The translations under genes were made by a program, and so were the position numbers. DNA of 63,890 nucleotides, filler included, from Octopus bimaculoides (taxonomy: Eukaryota), in assembly GCF_001194135.2 (NCBI RefSeq). It is 4 parts of 4 records of this genome, joined end to end, with 100 filler letters (N's around TTAATTAATTAA, not from the genome) between each part and the next. Parts side by side here need not be neighbours in the genome. Positions count along the whole stretch, not along the records: positions 1 to 15,180 come from NC_068982.1; 3 more parts are not named here. One strand, given 5' to 3'. The notes under the pieces were generated by a model, which saw nothing but the letters and a program-made list of their open reading frames with translations, did not search any database and was not told the DNA's origin. This document shows positions 1-13,651 of the stretch, piece by piece; the first letter of the stretch is position 1; every line of letters begins with the position of its first letter.

Positions 1-232
1 GGCATATAAAAGACACCATTTCGAGCGTGGCCGTTTTCGTGCGGGTGACACGTAAAAGCACCCACTACACTCTCTGAGTGGTTGGCGTTAGGAAGGGCAT
101 CCAGCTGTAGAAACTCTGCCAAATCAGACTGGAGCCTGGTGTTGCCATCCGGTTTCACCAGTCCTCAGTCAAATCGTCCAACCCATGCTAGCATGGAAAG
201 CGGACGTTAAACGATGATGATGATGATGATGA
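1..232 (+). mobile_element. 3' end of a retroposon with a (GAT)n tail (RTE-like; family C), CpGs largely intact
   Basis: ...CCAACCCATGCTAGCATGGAAAGCGGACGTTAAACGATGATGATG. Reverse-orientation, more decayed copies at about 9165-9400, 9920-10200, 12450-12700, 14035-14325 and 14655-14810. The RTE assignment is from memory of such tails. Confidence 0.65.
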
Positions 233-713
233 TATACATATATAAATATATATATATTTATATATACACATATATAAATATATATATACACATATAAATA
301 TATATATATACACATAGATAAATATATATATAGACACATATATAAATATATACATATATAAATATATACATATATACATATATAAATATATATATACATA
401 TATAAATATATATAAATACACACACACACATATATATAAATGTATGTATGTATTGTTTCCATAACAAAGCGTTTCTACAAATATTCTATAAATATTCGGC
501 CATCCCAGCAGTAAGATTACCATACATTTCTATGGCTATTGATTTATTCTGTCTGACTTATTATATCACAACTTTTACCTCTTTTACTCTTATATCATCT
601 TTAACAACACTGTATACACAAACATTTCCCATTTTCTGTCTGAACGAAGTAGATTATTCAGCAAAGTCACATTTAAGGAGACTATTATTACTATTATTAT
701 TATTATTATTATA

Positions 714-938
714 AAGGCAACAAGCTGGCAGGATCATTAGCACACCAGGTGAAATGCTTAGCAGTATTTCGTCTGTCTTTATAATCTGAGTTCAAATTCT
801 GCCAAGGTCAACTTTGCCTTTCATCCTTTCGGGGTCGATGAAATAAGTACCAGTTATGCACTGGGGTCAATATAATTGACTATCCCCTCCCCCAAATTTT
901 CAGACCTTGTGCCTACAGTAGAAACTATTATTATCATT

Positions 939-991
<53 letters not shown>

Positions 992-1415
992 GCTGGATGA
1001 AATGCTTAGTGATATTTCACATGTCACTATGTTCTGAGTTCGTATTCCACCAAGGTCAACTTTGCCTTTTATCTTTTCGGGGTCGATAAATTAAGTACTA
1101 GTGAAACACTGGGGCTGATATGATTGATTAGTTCCCTCCCTACAAATTTCAGGCCTTGTGCCTTTACTAGAAAGGATTATTATTATTATTATTATTATCA
1201 TTATTAAGATGGTGAGCTGCCAGAATCATGAGCATGCCAAGCAAAATGCTTACCAGGATTTCTTTCAGTTCTCAGTTCAAACCCTACCAAGGCTGAGTTT
1301 GCACTTCATCTTTTTGAGATTGATAAAATAAATACCAATTGAGAGCTGGGATTAATATAATTGACTAATACTCCTCCCACCAAAATTGTTGGCTTTGAGG
1401 CAAAATTAAAAAGAA
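714..1415 (+). mobile_element. Three tandem copies of SINE family A (tRNA head, Deu/Nin-like core, (ATT)n tail), CpG-decayed
   Basis: Copies at about 714-925, 993-1176 and 1206-1415 share GCTGGCAGAATC..TTAG...GAGTTCAAATTC..GCCTTTCATCCTTTCGGGGTCGAT and are separated by (ATT)n. Confidence 0.85.
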
Positions 1416-1600
1416 TTATTATTATTATTATTATTGTTCTCAAGTTATCAGAAGGATTTTCTTTTGTAGATGATTTTTTTATATATTTAACTATGATTTT
1501 GGCTTCTACGGATACAAGTCATGTTATCAGTTTTTGTGTACTTGTTCATTTACATACATATGCATGTATGTATGTATGTGTGTGTGTATGTGCGTGTATG

Positions 1601-1672
<72 letters not shown>

Positions 1673-1864
1673 GTTCAAATTTACAAAAACCAAAAGATGG
1701 AGACAGATGAAGGAACAACAAACAGGTGTATTAAAAGTTCAACACTTGGAAAGAATGGAAAAGTCTTTGATGTTTGCAGCCTATGCTCTTTGACAGAAAG
1801 GATTGAGAGAAAAATCAGAGAGAAAAAAAATGAGTAGGAATTAATGGTTCAACATGATGAAATG

Positions 1865-2015
1865 GCCCACTGAAGGGAGTGGCTTGAAGTAAAAGAAAAT
1901 ACAGGAGAATCAGTTAATTATGAATTTATTCAACATATTCCCCTCTCAGATTCACACACTTATTGCAGCAGTCCTTCAGTTTTTCTAAGCCAGGAACTTT
2001 TCAGCATCCCCTTGT
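1865..2015 (-). mobile_element. Second, shorter copy of the same mariner derivative
   Basis: Interior is the reverse complement of 44020-44105; it ends with AAGCCAGGAACTTTTCAGCATCCCCTTGTA. Confidence 0.7.
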
Positions 2016-2368
2016 ACACATACGCAGACACATGCACACGTAAGTGCAATATAGATGACAAACATAACACAAAAGGCAAGGTAGAAACAAAATCTAATTA
2101 CTGGATTTACTTATATTCAAGAAAAGAAAAAGTAGAAGAAATGTTGATGTAAAAACTCTGAGAACCACATTTTAAGATATTCTGCAACATGTAGTTGAGT
2201 GGGGATATTTGATATTTTCGGTGATGGCACTTACAAAACTAGCGATGTTATTTCTTAATTTCAAAATCATCAGGATACAGATGAAAATATTAATTTCAAG
2301 GTTTATACATGTATAAGACCGAAGGGGGATGGAAGTGGAATAGCATTTGACAATTTAATACTGGTTAA

Positions 2369-2588
2369 CCCTTTAGTATTTAATCCAGCCATATCCAGCC
2401 CAAATATCTGACCTGGTTTGAGTTCAAAATGGCCAGATCAGGCCTCACGCACTTCACCTACAATGCCATCCTAAAAATAAACAATCACATCGTTTAAATC
2501 TTAAAGCTACGAGATAATGCACGATTAATTCAAAACAATGTGAATAAATAAGCAATACATTTGACAGAATAAACTGAATGCTAAAGGG
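2369..2588. mobile_element. piggyBac-type MITE (220 bp)
   Basis: TTAA at 2365-2368 and 2589-2592; terminal inverted repeats CCCTTTAGTATT / AATGCTAAAGGG (11/12 match); no ORF. Confidence 0.85.
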
Positions 2589-2624
2589 TTAATATGCTAA
2601 AGGGTTGATATACTGTAGGGTTCA

Positions 2625-2810
2625 AAGGCAGCCATCTGGCAGAATCATTAACATGCTTGGCAAAATGCCTAACAGCATTTTGTCTGTCCTTATGCTCTGA
2701 ATTCAAACTCCACTGAGGTCAACAAAATAAGTACCAGTAGATCACTGGGGTTGATATAATTGACTTAAACCCTTCATCAAAATTGCTGGCCTTGTGCCAG
2801 AATTTGAAAC
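2625..2810 (+). mobile_element. SINE family A copy, CpG-decayed
   Basis: Same head and core motifs; further partial copies at about 4050-4245 (+) and 4925-5025 (-). Confidence 0.75.
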
Positions 2811-5561
2811 CAACATACTATAGAGCACTTAGGTGCGTGGAGTAAGTGGTTATGAGAAAGCAAAATAAAAAGAATTAAAAGGATGGTGATATCATAGTTG
2901 ACTTTTACTAAATAACAGGATGCATTTATTCATGGAATAAATTATGCAAATCAGAATCTTAGTAATAAAAATATTAAGTGTTATTATTATTTTATTACAA
3001 TATTATTTGTAAAGACACTCAATTCTCTCACTTTATCTTGACCTTAAGCTTTCAAGTCAACTTGATTCCCTTGATTCTCTGTTCTACTCAGAGTTATGTA
3101 GAGATGGTCATGACTGGCTACCATTTGCAGCAGAAACAAACCTACTTTATTGAAAGACTAGCCTTGTGATTTATTTGCTGTCATTGCAAATACTCGAATG
3201 ACGGAAAACTGTTTCCTATTGAGTAAGAAGAATGCTAAGGTTGTGTCACTTCATATCAAATCGTCATCAATGACAATCATTCTTTCTGCTTGTATCTTAA
3301 TCTTTCTCACATATGTGCAAGTGCACACACACACACACACACTCTCTCTCTCTCCTCTGTCTGCCTGTCTATCTATTCATCCACCCACCCAAAACCCACT
3401 CTCGCTCTCTCTTTCTCACAAGAATGACAGGGGATTTATTTGTCTCCTTTCAGTAATTTTTAACCTTTCTGCTTGAAGTCTTATTCCATTTTCTTGTTTT
3501 ATTGTAGATTGAAGTTAAGCAGTTTGTCTAGGACTGAAAATATCAAAATCTGATTCACTTACAGTATGTTTTGGAAAGTTGGCTATTTTCTTCCTTAAAG
3601 ATAAATTTTTGCCTTCATATTGCTTGGATAATTTCACTTGTTGAAGTAAAAAAATTCTTCTCAGCCCACTATACAACATATGTCCACACAAGATCCAGTC
3701 TTTTTTGTGGTGTGGTGTGGTGTGGTGACCTGTATACTTCAATGATCATGAAGAGCTAAGCCAGCAGAAAGGCATTCTAAGCTGGACAAGTCAAAGGATT
3801 GAGGCCAGACAACTATAGACTACCTTTTCCTACAGGTAAAAGTGGGTTTGCATAGGGCCAACAGCCCTACCTAGTAAAAAGTAAGTTAGAGAAGCCTCAA
3901 TGACAATTCAAAGGCACAAGACCTGGGAGAGAAAAGTCTTCTCTCAGGGAAACATGGTTCCCTTCATACTAAGGGAGTGACCCAAACAGACCAGAGTCAA
4001 GAACAGAAGAGGAAAGTTGTAAATAGCCTATAATTCATTAAGAGCATTAGGAATAAAGGGATTAAATAAGTAGCAATAGTATGTTTCGTCTCTGTCTTTA
4101 TGTTCTGAGTTTAAAATCCGATTAGGTCGACTTTACCTTTCATCCCTTTGGGGTTGATAAAATAAGTACCAGTTAAACATTAAGGTCGATGTATGCAAGT
4201 TAATCCCTCCCCCAAAGTTGCAAGCCTTGTGCCAAAATTTGAAATTAATATTATGTAATGTCAGAGCTGCAGTATGAATATTTAGAATGTAGAGTCCCAT
4301 TCTGTGGAATTTCCTTCGGTCATTGTGTTAATACTCACATCCATACCCTTACAATTCCAATCTCTTACACTTCTTCCTTACGCTAACTCATAGACATCAA
4401 TATTTCTTTTCTTCCTCTCAAACAAATTATCTCATTATCAGGGTTGCTGATGAGGTGGGGCACTGAGAACTGAAGAGCCCTGCTGAAGCTCTGAGTGATG
4501 CTGAAGCTCTGAATTATGCTGAAGCCTTTTGGCCTTAGTAGAAGAGATGGTACCTGGAGAAAGGTACAAGACCATTGGGGAAAGTAAAAGTAGTGGGGAG
4601 CAGCAGCAAATATAAAAAGAAAAGCATGAATATAGCCACCTTAATTTGATGTTAAACAAATACTGTGTTGACTGAGGAGGATATTGAAGTGGAATGTCAA
4701 GGTGCCCCTAGTAGTTAAATGACTGGTATTATGTTGTCTCCGATCATGCTGCATCATCACCAATGGGTGGAGTTAAGGGAAAAGCAAACAATTGAAACTT
4801 TAGGAGAAGACTCATTGCCCATTGTGGTGGCAGTAGTGGAAGATCTAAGAGCTAAGAGAGAAGTACATCAGAGGTCTGGCAGCAGCTAAAAGACTACTAT
4901 CCAGAAAATGTGAGGCACTTCACACCTCAGCTAAAGCTTATAGGGATTTGAACTCAGGATGTAAGATGCCAGAATAAATGCTGCAAGGCATTTCATCTGG
5001 CTTTCTAATGAGACAGCCATTTCACAGTGAGGTCATAATATTGAATTGACAGTGCCCTGCATATGTTGTGGGCTGTGTCTAGCAGGGACATTTTTTGAAC
5101 TGTGTGTATATTTATTTGTGAATCCTAGCATGATTCTTTTATATGTTTGTTCATTTCCTTCTTTATCATACTTAATGTACCATATCATCATCATCATTAT
5201 TATGATTATGATTATTATCATTATCATTATTATCATTATTATTATTATTATTATATTATTATCATTATTACTATTTTAGCTCTTTCCCTTTATGAATCAA
5301 TAGCTCCAGAATGAAATCCAGTTACTCGTGTGAAATCTCCTTAAGGCTGCAGAGGTGCATTTGCCTTGTTTAGTTTGTTTGTGTGGGTCTTTTTTTTTTT
5401 TTTAAATTACAAAACTCCATTAACAGCATGGGTTTTAAAGAGGATAATACATTTTTGGCTATTTCCACTGAAGTAAATACCTGCCAGCTAAATGTATTTG
5501 GTTTAAATAAAAAAAAAAAACAGAAAAAAGATTATCAGTATTATCATTCTTCTTCTTTTTC

Positions 5562-5607
<46 letters not shown>

Positions 5608-6196
5608 CTTATGAAACAAACTTCCTGCAGTTTACCCCAAAGCAGAAACAAATGAAATTAATTATACCATACATGGAGTATATGTAACTAAAAAGTAAAT
5701 ATAAAGTAAGAAAGTAAAAAAAAAAAAAAAAAAGGAAGTGAAAGCAAGCAAATAGGTAAAACAGAATGAGACAATGAACATCTATCTCGGTGTGAAGTTT
5801 GTGTGAAATATGGTAATACATACCAGAATGTAGCCTAAGAACATTTAGCATTAAAATGATTTGGCTTTTATCTTGCTATTTTATTTATGTTTATTTACAG
5901 TCTTGCTTCTATAGAATTATTGACTGCAAGAGAAGTTTGGTAAATGATAGCTGTCACCTAAAAAAATTCATCCTCTAAATCATTTTATTTTCTTATCATA
6001 TTTTACTTTCTTTTTCTGTTTTTTCATCGGAAATATAGTAATTGCAGTAAGGTTTAACTAGTTGAATAATTGCAATGACTTGCGAGTGTCTTTTCATATT
6101 TTTTCTCTTTTTTTTTTTAATTATATAAGTTTTTTTTACAAATAGTTCTAAAAAAAATTTTCAGAGAAAAATATCTGGAGTGAAGAAATATATGTG

Positions 6197-6240
<44 letters not shown>

Positions 6241-6329
6241 CACATACATATATACATACAAACACACACACACACACACATATATACACATACATATATA
6301 CATACACACACACACACACATACATATAT

Positions 6330-6399
<70 letters not shown>

Positions 6400-6900
6400 A
6401 CTCACACACACACACACACATATATATATATACACATATGTATATATATATATGTGTCTGTATAAATAGGGGATATAATCATTAAAATGATTAAATCAGT
6501 GGCCGGCATATAATAACTACCATACCAGTAAAATTGATATCTATAATTATAAATATAAAATTATAATTAGGAGCACTGGAGAGACAACGCAAATATGCTA
6601 GAAGTAGATGCCAAACGTCTACGAACCACTCTAAATTTGTTCTCCTTTTGGCACAAGGTTGAATGCAGGGAAATGAACAAGAAGATTTATAAAATTTCGG
6701 ACAAAATGTTTTCAAAATTTATAAATTATATTTACGTACATACTGCTATAACCTATTGAATTTTTGTTGCTTTTCTTCAAATTTTATTCACCAAATTTCT
6801 TGATTTTGTTTTTGGTTTTTACCCTACCAAATCCTCGTGCCTCAAACATTTTAAGTACCACATTTAATCTTTTGATTAAATCTATATTATTATTACATAC

Positions 6901-6960
<60 letters not shown>

Positions 6961-8239
6961 ATATACATACATGGCTGGATGGTGTTCCTAACACCAACCA
7001 ACTTACAGTGAGCATGGGATGCATTCTTTCATGCCACTGGCATTAGTGACATTGCCAATTAAGTGACAAAAAAGAAAAAAAACGGAAAAGATAGAAGCTT
7101 CCTTGACTAAATGGAGGTGGGGGTATTAGGGAAAGGGAGGTGGCTTTATGCTAGGTGCTTACATTTGTTTCAATTATAAGGAACCATGTACCCAGAGTTG
7201 AGTCCAATGCAACATCTTATAGCTTCATCAGAGCTATTTAAATGAGTATTTCTTTATCGTGGAAACCATTTTAGTGTATGATTGGGCACATACAAACACA
7301 CATATATGTGAATCTACACCTCTCATATTTCTATATACAGACACCCATACATCTGTATGTGTTCTTGCTACCATCCATATCAGTGAATTTTAATAAAGTC
7401 ATTACACTTGTCTATTAAATCTATACAACACTTGAATCATTCCTTTTATTCTAATAATAAAAAAAAAATCAATTTTAACTCATGGTAGACCTCCAACGTA
7501 GTTGATAGCGCTCTACATTAGAGATACATGAAATACATGAACATAAGTGAACATATGATTTGAAAAAAAAAAGCCTTAGCCAGATAGAGGATGCCTTGTA
7601 CAAAATAAAGAAAATTTTAATAAAAATAAAACAAGCTTAATAAAATCAATTTTGTTATTTTAGAGGATACCATGTCTTCAGAAACTGAAATAGATAAAGA
7701 GTCACATTCTTTTTGAAACACCATAACCAATCAAGTAAAATCTTGCTGTTATCTTTCGAAGACTTTTCTTCTAACTATATAGTCATTTCAATATAATATG
7801 AGGCTAAACTAAATTAGATTTTAAATATACACAAAGAAATTGGATCCTAACGTTAATATTAAATTAACATGCACTCTCTGCTGATTAAAGCAGTGTATTT
7901 CTAACAATGCATGAGCTAAGAAATTTGCTCTGAAATTTGCATAATACACAACACTTTTATCAAAATTAGAATTCCATAATAGCAACTGGAAAACAATAGA
8001 TGCACATGTATAAGTGATAGCAGCTGCTAAATTCTGCCTGTACTGAGATGATGAAGCAATGATTTGGTCAGCTGTATGTGACATGTCTAGCAGAATATCA
8101 AATAGAAGAGAAAGAGAAGCCCTTATAGTAATCTTTTGGGACAAATCATTGTATACAAAGAGAAAGAAAATAAGCTTTCAAAAGCAACAGATAACTAAAA
8201 ATAAAAGAAAGAGTATAGAAATATAAATTCTATCATATA

Positions 8240-8890
8240 GGATTGACTATGTGGTTTAGAAGCTTGCTTTCCAACAATGTGGTCTCAGGTTCAGTCTCAC
8301 TATATGGTACCATTGGCAAGTACCTTTTACCAAAGCCCAGCCATGTGAGTGGATTTGGTCAGAGGAAACTGAAAGAAGCCTGTCACACAAGCACACCATA
8401 TATAAGTGTGTGTGTATGTGTGTGAATCTTTGTGTTTGTTCCCCACTGTGACTTGACAACTGGTGTTGGTTTGTTTATGTCACCATAATTTAGCAGTTTG
8501 GCAAAAAGGAATGATAGGATAAGTACCATGCTAGAATGATAGAATAAGTACCAGATACAATAAGAAATTAAATAATTACTGGGGCTTGATTTGTTTGACC
8601 AAATCCCTCAAGGTGGTGCCCCAGCATGGCTGCATCCAATGACTGAAACAAGTAGTAAATGGTAAAAAATGAACACTATGCATTATGTGTGTGTGTGTGT
8701 ACGCAGACTCACTCTCCCCCCTATATGCACACACGTGCTTGTACAACAGGCTTCTTTCAGTTTCTTCCTACCAAATTTACTCACATGGTTGGGCTATAGT
8801 AGAAGGCACTTGTCCATGGTACCATGGAGTGAGACTGACCTAAGGCCACACTGCTGGAAAGCAGGCTTCTAAACCACACAGTCACACCTG
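8240..8890. mobile_element. SINE family B: full copy (+, 8240-8665) and inverted head (-, 8690-8890), CpG-decayed
   Basis: tRNA-like head (GGTTCAGTC B box), CORE-like GGCACCTTGGGCAAGTGTC segment, internal (TA)/(TG) tract, tail ending CAGCATGGCCGCAGTC..ATGACTGAAAC. Confidence 0.8.
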
Positions 8891-9590
8891 TATGATAGAA
8901 GGAATTTATATTTTTACACTCTTTTGACCACAGCCACTTGTCTCACCACCACATGATGGTTGTAAATGAGCATCGTTGCCATCATACAAGTGAGATTCTT
9001 TGTTTCCAATCTTCTATGAAAAACTTGTCAAGCAATGAGTAATTATTAGCTTGCTTGGAAACAGGTGAGAGTTAGCAACAAGGACATCTGGCAGTAGAAA
9101 TTTTGCCTCAGCTAAGTCTATCTCACCCATATAAGCATGGAAAATCATTGTCGTTGTCCTCCTCCTCCTCTTCATCATCATCACCCTTTAATGCCTGCTT
9201 TCCTTGCTGGCATGGGTAGGATGGTTTAACCAGAGCTAGCAAGCAGGAGAGCTGCACCAAGTTCCAGTCTGATTTGGCTTGGTTTCTATGGCTGGATACC
9301 CTTCGTAACACAACCCACTTTACAGTGTGTACTGGGTGCTTTTAATGTGACACTAGCATGGGCACCCTCATGTAGCATTGGCATGAGTGCTTTTTATGTG
9401 GCACCAGTACAGGACTCTAGCAGGTCAATCCTTTTCACCAGTGGGGAGTGGCCTTAACACTTCTGTTGTGGAGGACAGGTCTTCTTGGAAAAGTGGACAT
9501 TAAATGTTGATTATGATGATGATGGCAGCTAAGTACCCATGATATAGATAACCAGGATTTGTGAGTTACCTTTTCAGTTGTTTTTAGCTA

Positions 9591-9795
9591 CAGTATTTTC
9601 TGGCATACAAGGCAACATAATTTATAGTGTAAACATGTAGTGTAAACATTCAAACATTGTCACTTTCTTTCCAAATCTCGCTGCATATGATATGGAATTT
9701 TTGATCCTCAAATCTGTCTAAGTGTATAAATCAGCCTACGATTTTGGCTGTAAATTTTAGTCAGAAAAATGTGATTTGTATGTGGGAAAATACAG
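9591..9795. mobile_element. pogo/Tigger-type MITE
   Basis: Imperfect ~20-bp TIRs CAGTATTTTCTGGCATACAA / TTGTATGTGGGAAAATACAG; TA on the left side only. Confidence 0.55.
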
Positions 9796-11705
9796 AAAGC
9801 AAAGTAAATGAATTTCTCTCAAAAATGACACCATAACTTAAGCCAAAAAGCAAACATTAATATAGTTACTAGACCTGGCAGAAATATTAAGTAAAATTTC
9901 CCTCTTATCTTATCCCACTCATCATCATCATCATCATTAAATGTCCATGGGTAAGACAGTTTGACTGGAGATAGTAAGCAGGAGAACTACACCAGGTTCC
10001 AGTCTGTTTTGGTTTGGGTTCTATGGCTGGATGGCTCTTCCTAATACCAATGACTGTACAGAGTGTACTGGGTACCCTTTATGCATCACCAACATGGGTG
10101 CCATTGACACATCACCAGCACTGGTTATGACCATGATCATGATTTCACTTAGCTTGACATGCCTTCTCAAGCACAGCAATTCGTCAAAAGTCCTGGTCAC
10201 TTGTATTCAAAAAGAGAACACATCAGATGATATAATTCTAGATACACAATGCTTGCAAAAATATTTTTAAAAAATAAAGAATATAAAAAACAAAACAAAA
10301 ATAGAACAATCTCACTTGTAATATCTTTGATTATATGAACTGCTCCTTTTGGGCTAACCAGGGGCTAAATACCATCAGTATCACCATCACTGCCTCCACC
10401 ACCACCAACAATATAATGGCTATAACAAACTTCAAACTTATAATCTTGTAGCCTGTAATGTTCCACAGTATCATCTCAGCTTATGATTTATAGACAGACA
10501 CTGCTATAGAATTGCAATATGTTAGATAAGCTGCCAAAAACTAAATCATATGCAGCTGGTTGTGATAGATCTTTATTTATGTTTTTTTTTCTCTGTGTTA
10601 TTTGATTTAGATTTTTTTCTTTTAATTTGCAGATTTTATTCACAAAAATCATGGCTTGTTATTCTTGTTTCTTTAGATCAACAAAATTTAAAAAAATGAA
10701 ACAAAGCCAACACACACACACACATGTGTATGTATGTATGTATGTATGTATGTATTGATTGCAGCTTGTTTCTGATTAAATATGCAAACATTTCCTTGAA
10801 GCCAGTCACATTCACAACAATGTTTTTGCCATAATCTATGGCTTCTGATAGCTTGATGATACTGATTAAAGAAGCAATTATAGCCAATTATTGCCCTTAG
10901 AATAATGGCATTGTGGCATCATATTATACCAAGCCAAATTCACTCGCTTCTAATGATGTGTAGGGATACAACAGAACAATACCTAATTAGGTTGATATGT
11001 GGCTGTGAAGCAGAAACAAAATACAAGGGCTCTTCGATTCTAACTTAGTATAATAATGGACAGATGATTCTGTCAGCTGAAATGGTCCATAGGGGGAAGA
11101 AAATGAAAGTGGAGGGGGGATCATTGAATTTTCTGATGGTGAATCATTAAAAACAAGGCAAAACAAAACAAAAGATGGATGAAATTAATAACAGATAAAA
11201 ATATTGATAATAGCATAATTTGATTTGTAAATGATCTATGATCAAAAGAGTTTCAGCCATGACTACCGTTTCTTCTTTTCTTTTTTTTGTTGTTTTTTTT
11301 CTTTCTTATTTCTTTCTAAGCATAAATCTTTATTTTCTTTTTAAAGCAGGTTGCATGGGAGAAAAATAAATCTATCTTGACTTTTAAAACAATGTTTTAA
11401 TAATGAAATCTATAACTGTGATAATGTGTAAATCAATAAACCACTAGAACCATGCTGACTATTGATCTGAAACCAGTGACCTGAGACTAAAAATAATTTG
11501 TCTTGAAACATACTTTTTTTATTTTTTTTATAGACCTGTTTTTTTTTTATTTTAATTTTTTTAAATAAAATTTTTACTTTACAAAAAATTTTTTTTTTCC
11601 AATGTTAACATGTTTAAAATAGTTCTAATAAATGAGCATTGTGTAGAGCATTAGAAGAAAAATCTCACAGTAAGACTATTCATCTTCTTAACACTTGCTA
11701 CTTAC

Positions 11706-11746
11706 ATTTATGGCCAGCAATGATACTGACTTCTTAGCTTGGTTAC
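11706..11746 (-). CDS. Candidate 41-nt internal exon of an unidentified gene
   Basis: Acceptor with branch-like CTAAT and a pyrimidine tract (CTAATTACTCTGCTTGTTCAG|), donor AAT|GTAAGT; open in phase 1 to 0 as (G)NQAKKSVSLLAIN. No homology recognised. Confidence 0.35.
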
Positions 11747-13266
11747 CTGAACAAGCAGAGTAATTAGCAATGTCTAAAAGCAAATTTTCAACACTTGTGG
11801 AATCTTCATACAATTTACTTGAAGACAGAAATCAGTCAATATTACTTAGATCTATTGTATTTTCAAGCTATATAATGCATTTTTTTTTCTCTTGCAAACA
11901 ACCCAACAAACCAGCCTCATTAATGTCATCACTAAAAGATCAGTTTGTAGGGTGAAGTTTTACAGCTAAGTTCAGTTCTCAGCCACAACCTCAATTTTGT
12001 AATATAAGCCTGCAGCTACAATTCACATATAACATAACCAAGCACTATCAGTACTTTATTAGTTTTATAAAGTATTGATGGTAAAGCTTATAAGGGCTTA
12101 CCACCACCAGTAACAGAACATTGTTTTGTTTGGGCTACGGTGAATCACCAGTGATCATATGTCACAAAACCCATACATAAGTAGGTACAATGACCATTAA
12201 AGTCTATGCCTTCTGTTAACGTATCAGTTTAGATATCTAGCTGGAGATGCCTCTTTACAGTGTTACACAACAGCAACTAAGCAGCAAGGACAAACATATT
12301 GCTATAAGCTATAAGTTGTTGAATATGCTAAACCATCAGACTGCTACACAACTGAGAAACAATATGGACTAACACCGACTGAAAAAATTATTTGTAAATA
12401 GAGGAAAGAGGAGACACAAATGAAAACAGAAATGGAAAAGTATAAACCTAGTCATCATCATCATCAACATTTAACATCTGTTTTCCATGCTGGCCTGGGT
12501 TGGATGGCATGACAAGAATTGTCAAGGCCAGGGACCACACTAGGTTTCATAGTGTTTTTGGCTTGGTTTCTATGGCTGGATGCCCTTTCTAATGCTGGAT
12601 GCCCTTTCTAATGCTGGATGCCCTTTCTAATGCCACCCACTTCACAGAGTGTATAGGGTACTTTTTACATGGCACCATCACTAGTGTTTTTTAAGTGGTA
12701 CCAGTATGAGAACCAAATTTCCTACAGCTAAAGGAAGACAAAATTACAGATTTATATTTGTCAAAATAGAGGATGTAAAGCAATCATGAGTAAATTGCGG
12801 CCCTTGGGACATTCTGAAAGACATATCTGGCAAAAATTACCATGACATTTTTTTAGTAGGATAGCCCATCGGATGATGAACCATGTCTAATGCAGGCTGC
12901 TTCTCACAAAAGGTTGCACATGCTTGGTGCAAAGCCTCAGTAAAAACATTGATAAAAATGGGAAATATATTAGCAAATGAATTTGCTGTGCATTCATCTT
13001 CATCTTGGTAGTACTGTTTCAAAGAAAGGCATGAGAGTAAGATTTTTGAAGTGTATGAAGAGATCCTGGAGTTTCACAAACATGAGACAAATACCATGAA
13101 AAACACTAATTATGAAATAATGCAAATAGGTAATATATATGAAGTGCTGTTAACATTTGATGGCCCATGAAATAACATTGTTGAAAATAAAGCTGCACAG
13201 GCAGCCACTAAAAAAAGCAACTGGGCATATAAAAAAAAAACCAATATACAGTTGTCTGATCCTGTA

Positions 13267-13651
13267 GTGTTGGCACTCCGTCGCTTGCGACGTCGAGGGT
13301 TCCAATTGATCTAATCAACGGAACAGCCTGCTCGTGAAATTAACGTGCAAGTGGCTGAGCACTCCATAGACACGTGTATCCTTAACGTAGTTCTTGGGGA
13401 TATTCAGCGTGACACAGTGTAACAAGGCTGACCCTTTGAATTACAGGCACAACAGAAACAGGAAGTAAGAGTGAGAGAAAGTTGTGGTGAAAGAGTACAG
13501 CAGGGTTCGCCACCATCCCCTGCCGGAGCCTCGTGGAGCTTTTTAGGTGTTTTCGCTCAATAAACACTCACAATGCCTGGTCTGAGAATCGAAACCGTGA
13601 TCCTATTACCGTGAGTCCACTGCCCTAACCACTGGGCCATTGCGCTTCCAC
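13267..13651 (-). mobile_element. tRNA-derived SINE with a 9-bp target-site duplication
   Basis: Minus-strand head with A box TGGCCCAGTGG and B box GTTTCGATTC; GATCCTGTA repeated directly at 13258-13266 and 13652-13660. Confidence 0.9.

Noticed and set aside
4438-4659. ORF with HNSELQ/HHSELQ repeats
   Set aside because: It arises from an 18-bp local duplication in otherwise unrecognisable sequence, with no splice or homology support.
5901-5939. Plus-strand 39-nt micro-exon (TTTACAG|...|GTAAAT), possibly joined to an open frame at 6571
   Set aside because: Its acceptor is just the reverse complement of the minus-strand donor CT|GTAAAT. I cannot choose between strands without data, and more minus-strand candidates chain in phase.
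13560-13651. tRNA genes at SINE heads (also 14399, 42919)
   Set aside because: A/B boxes are present, but they continue into repeat cores and tails with no acceptor stem or cloverleaf completion.
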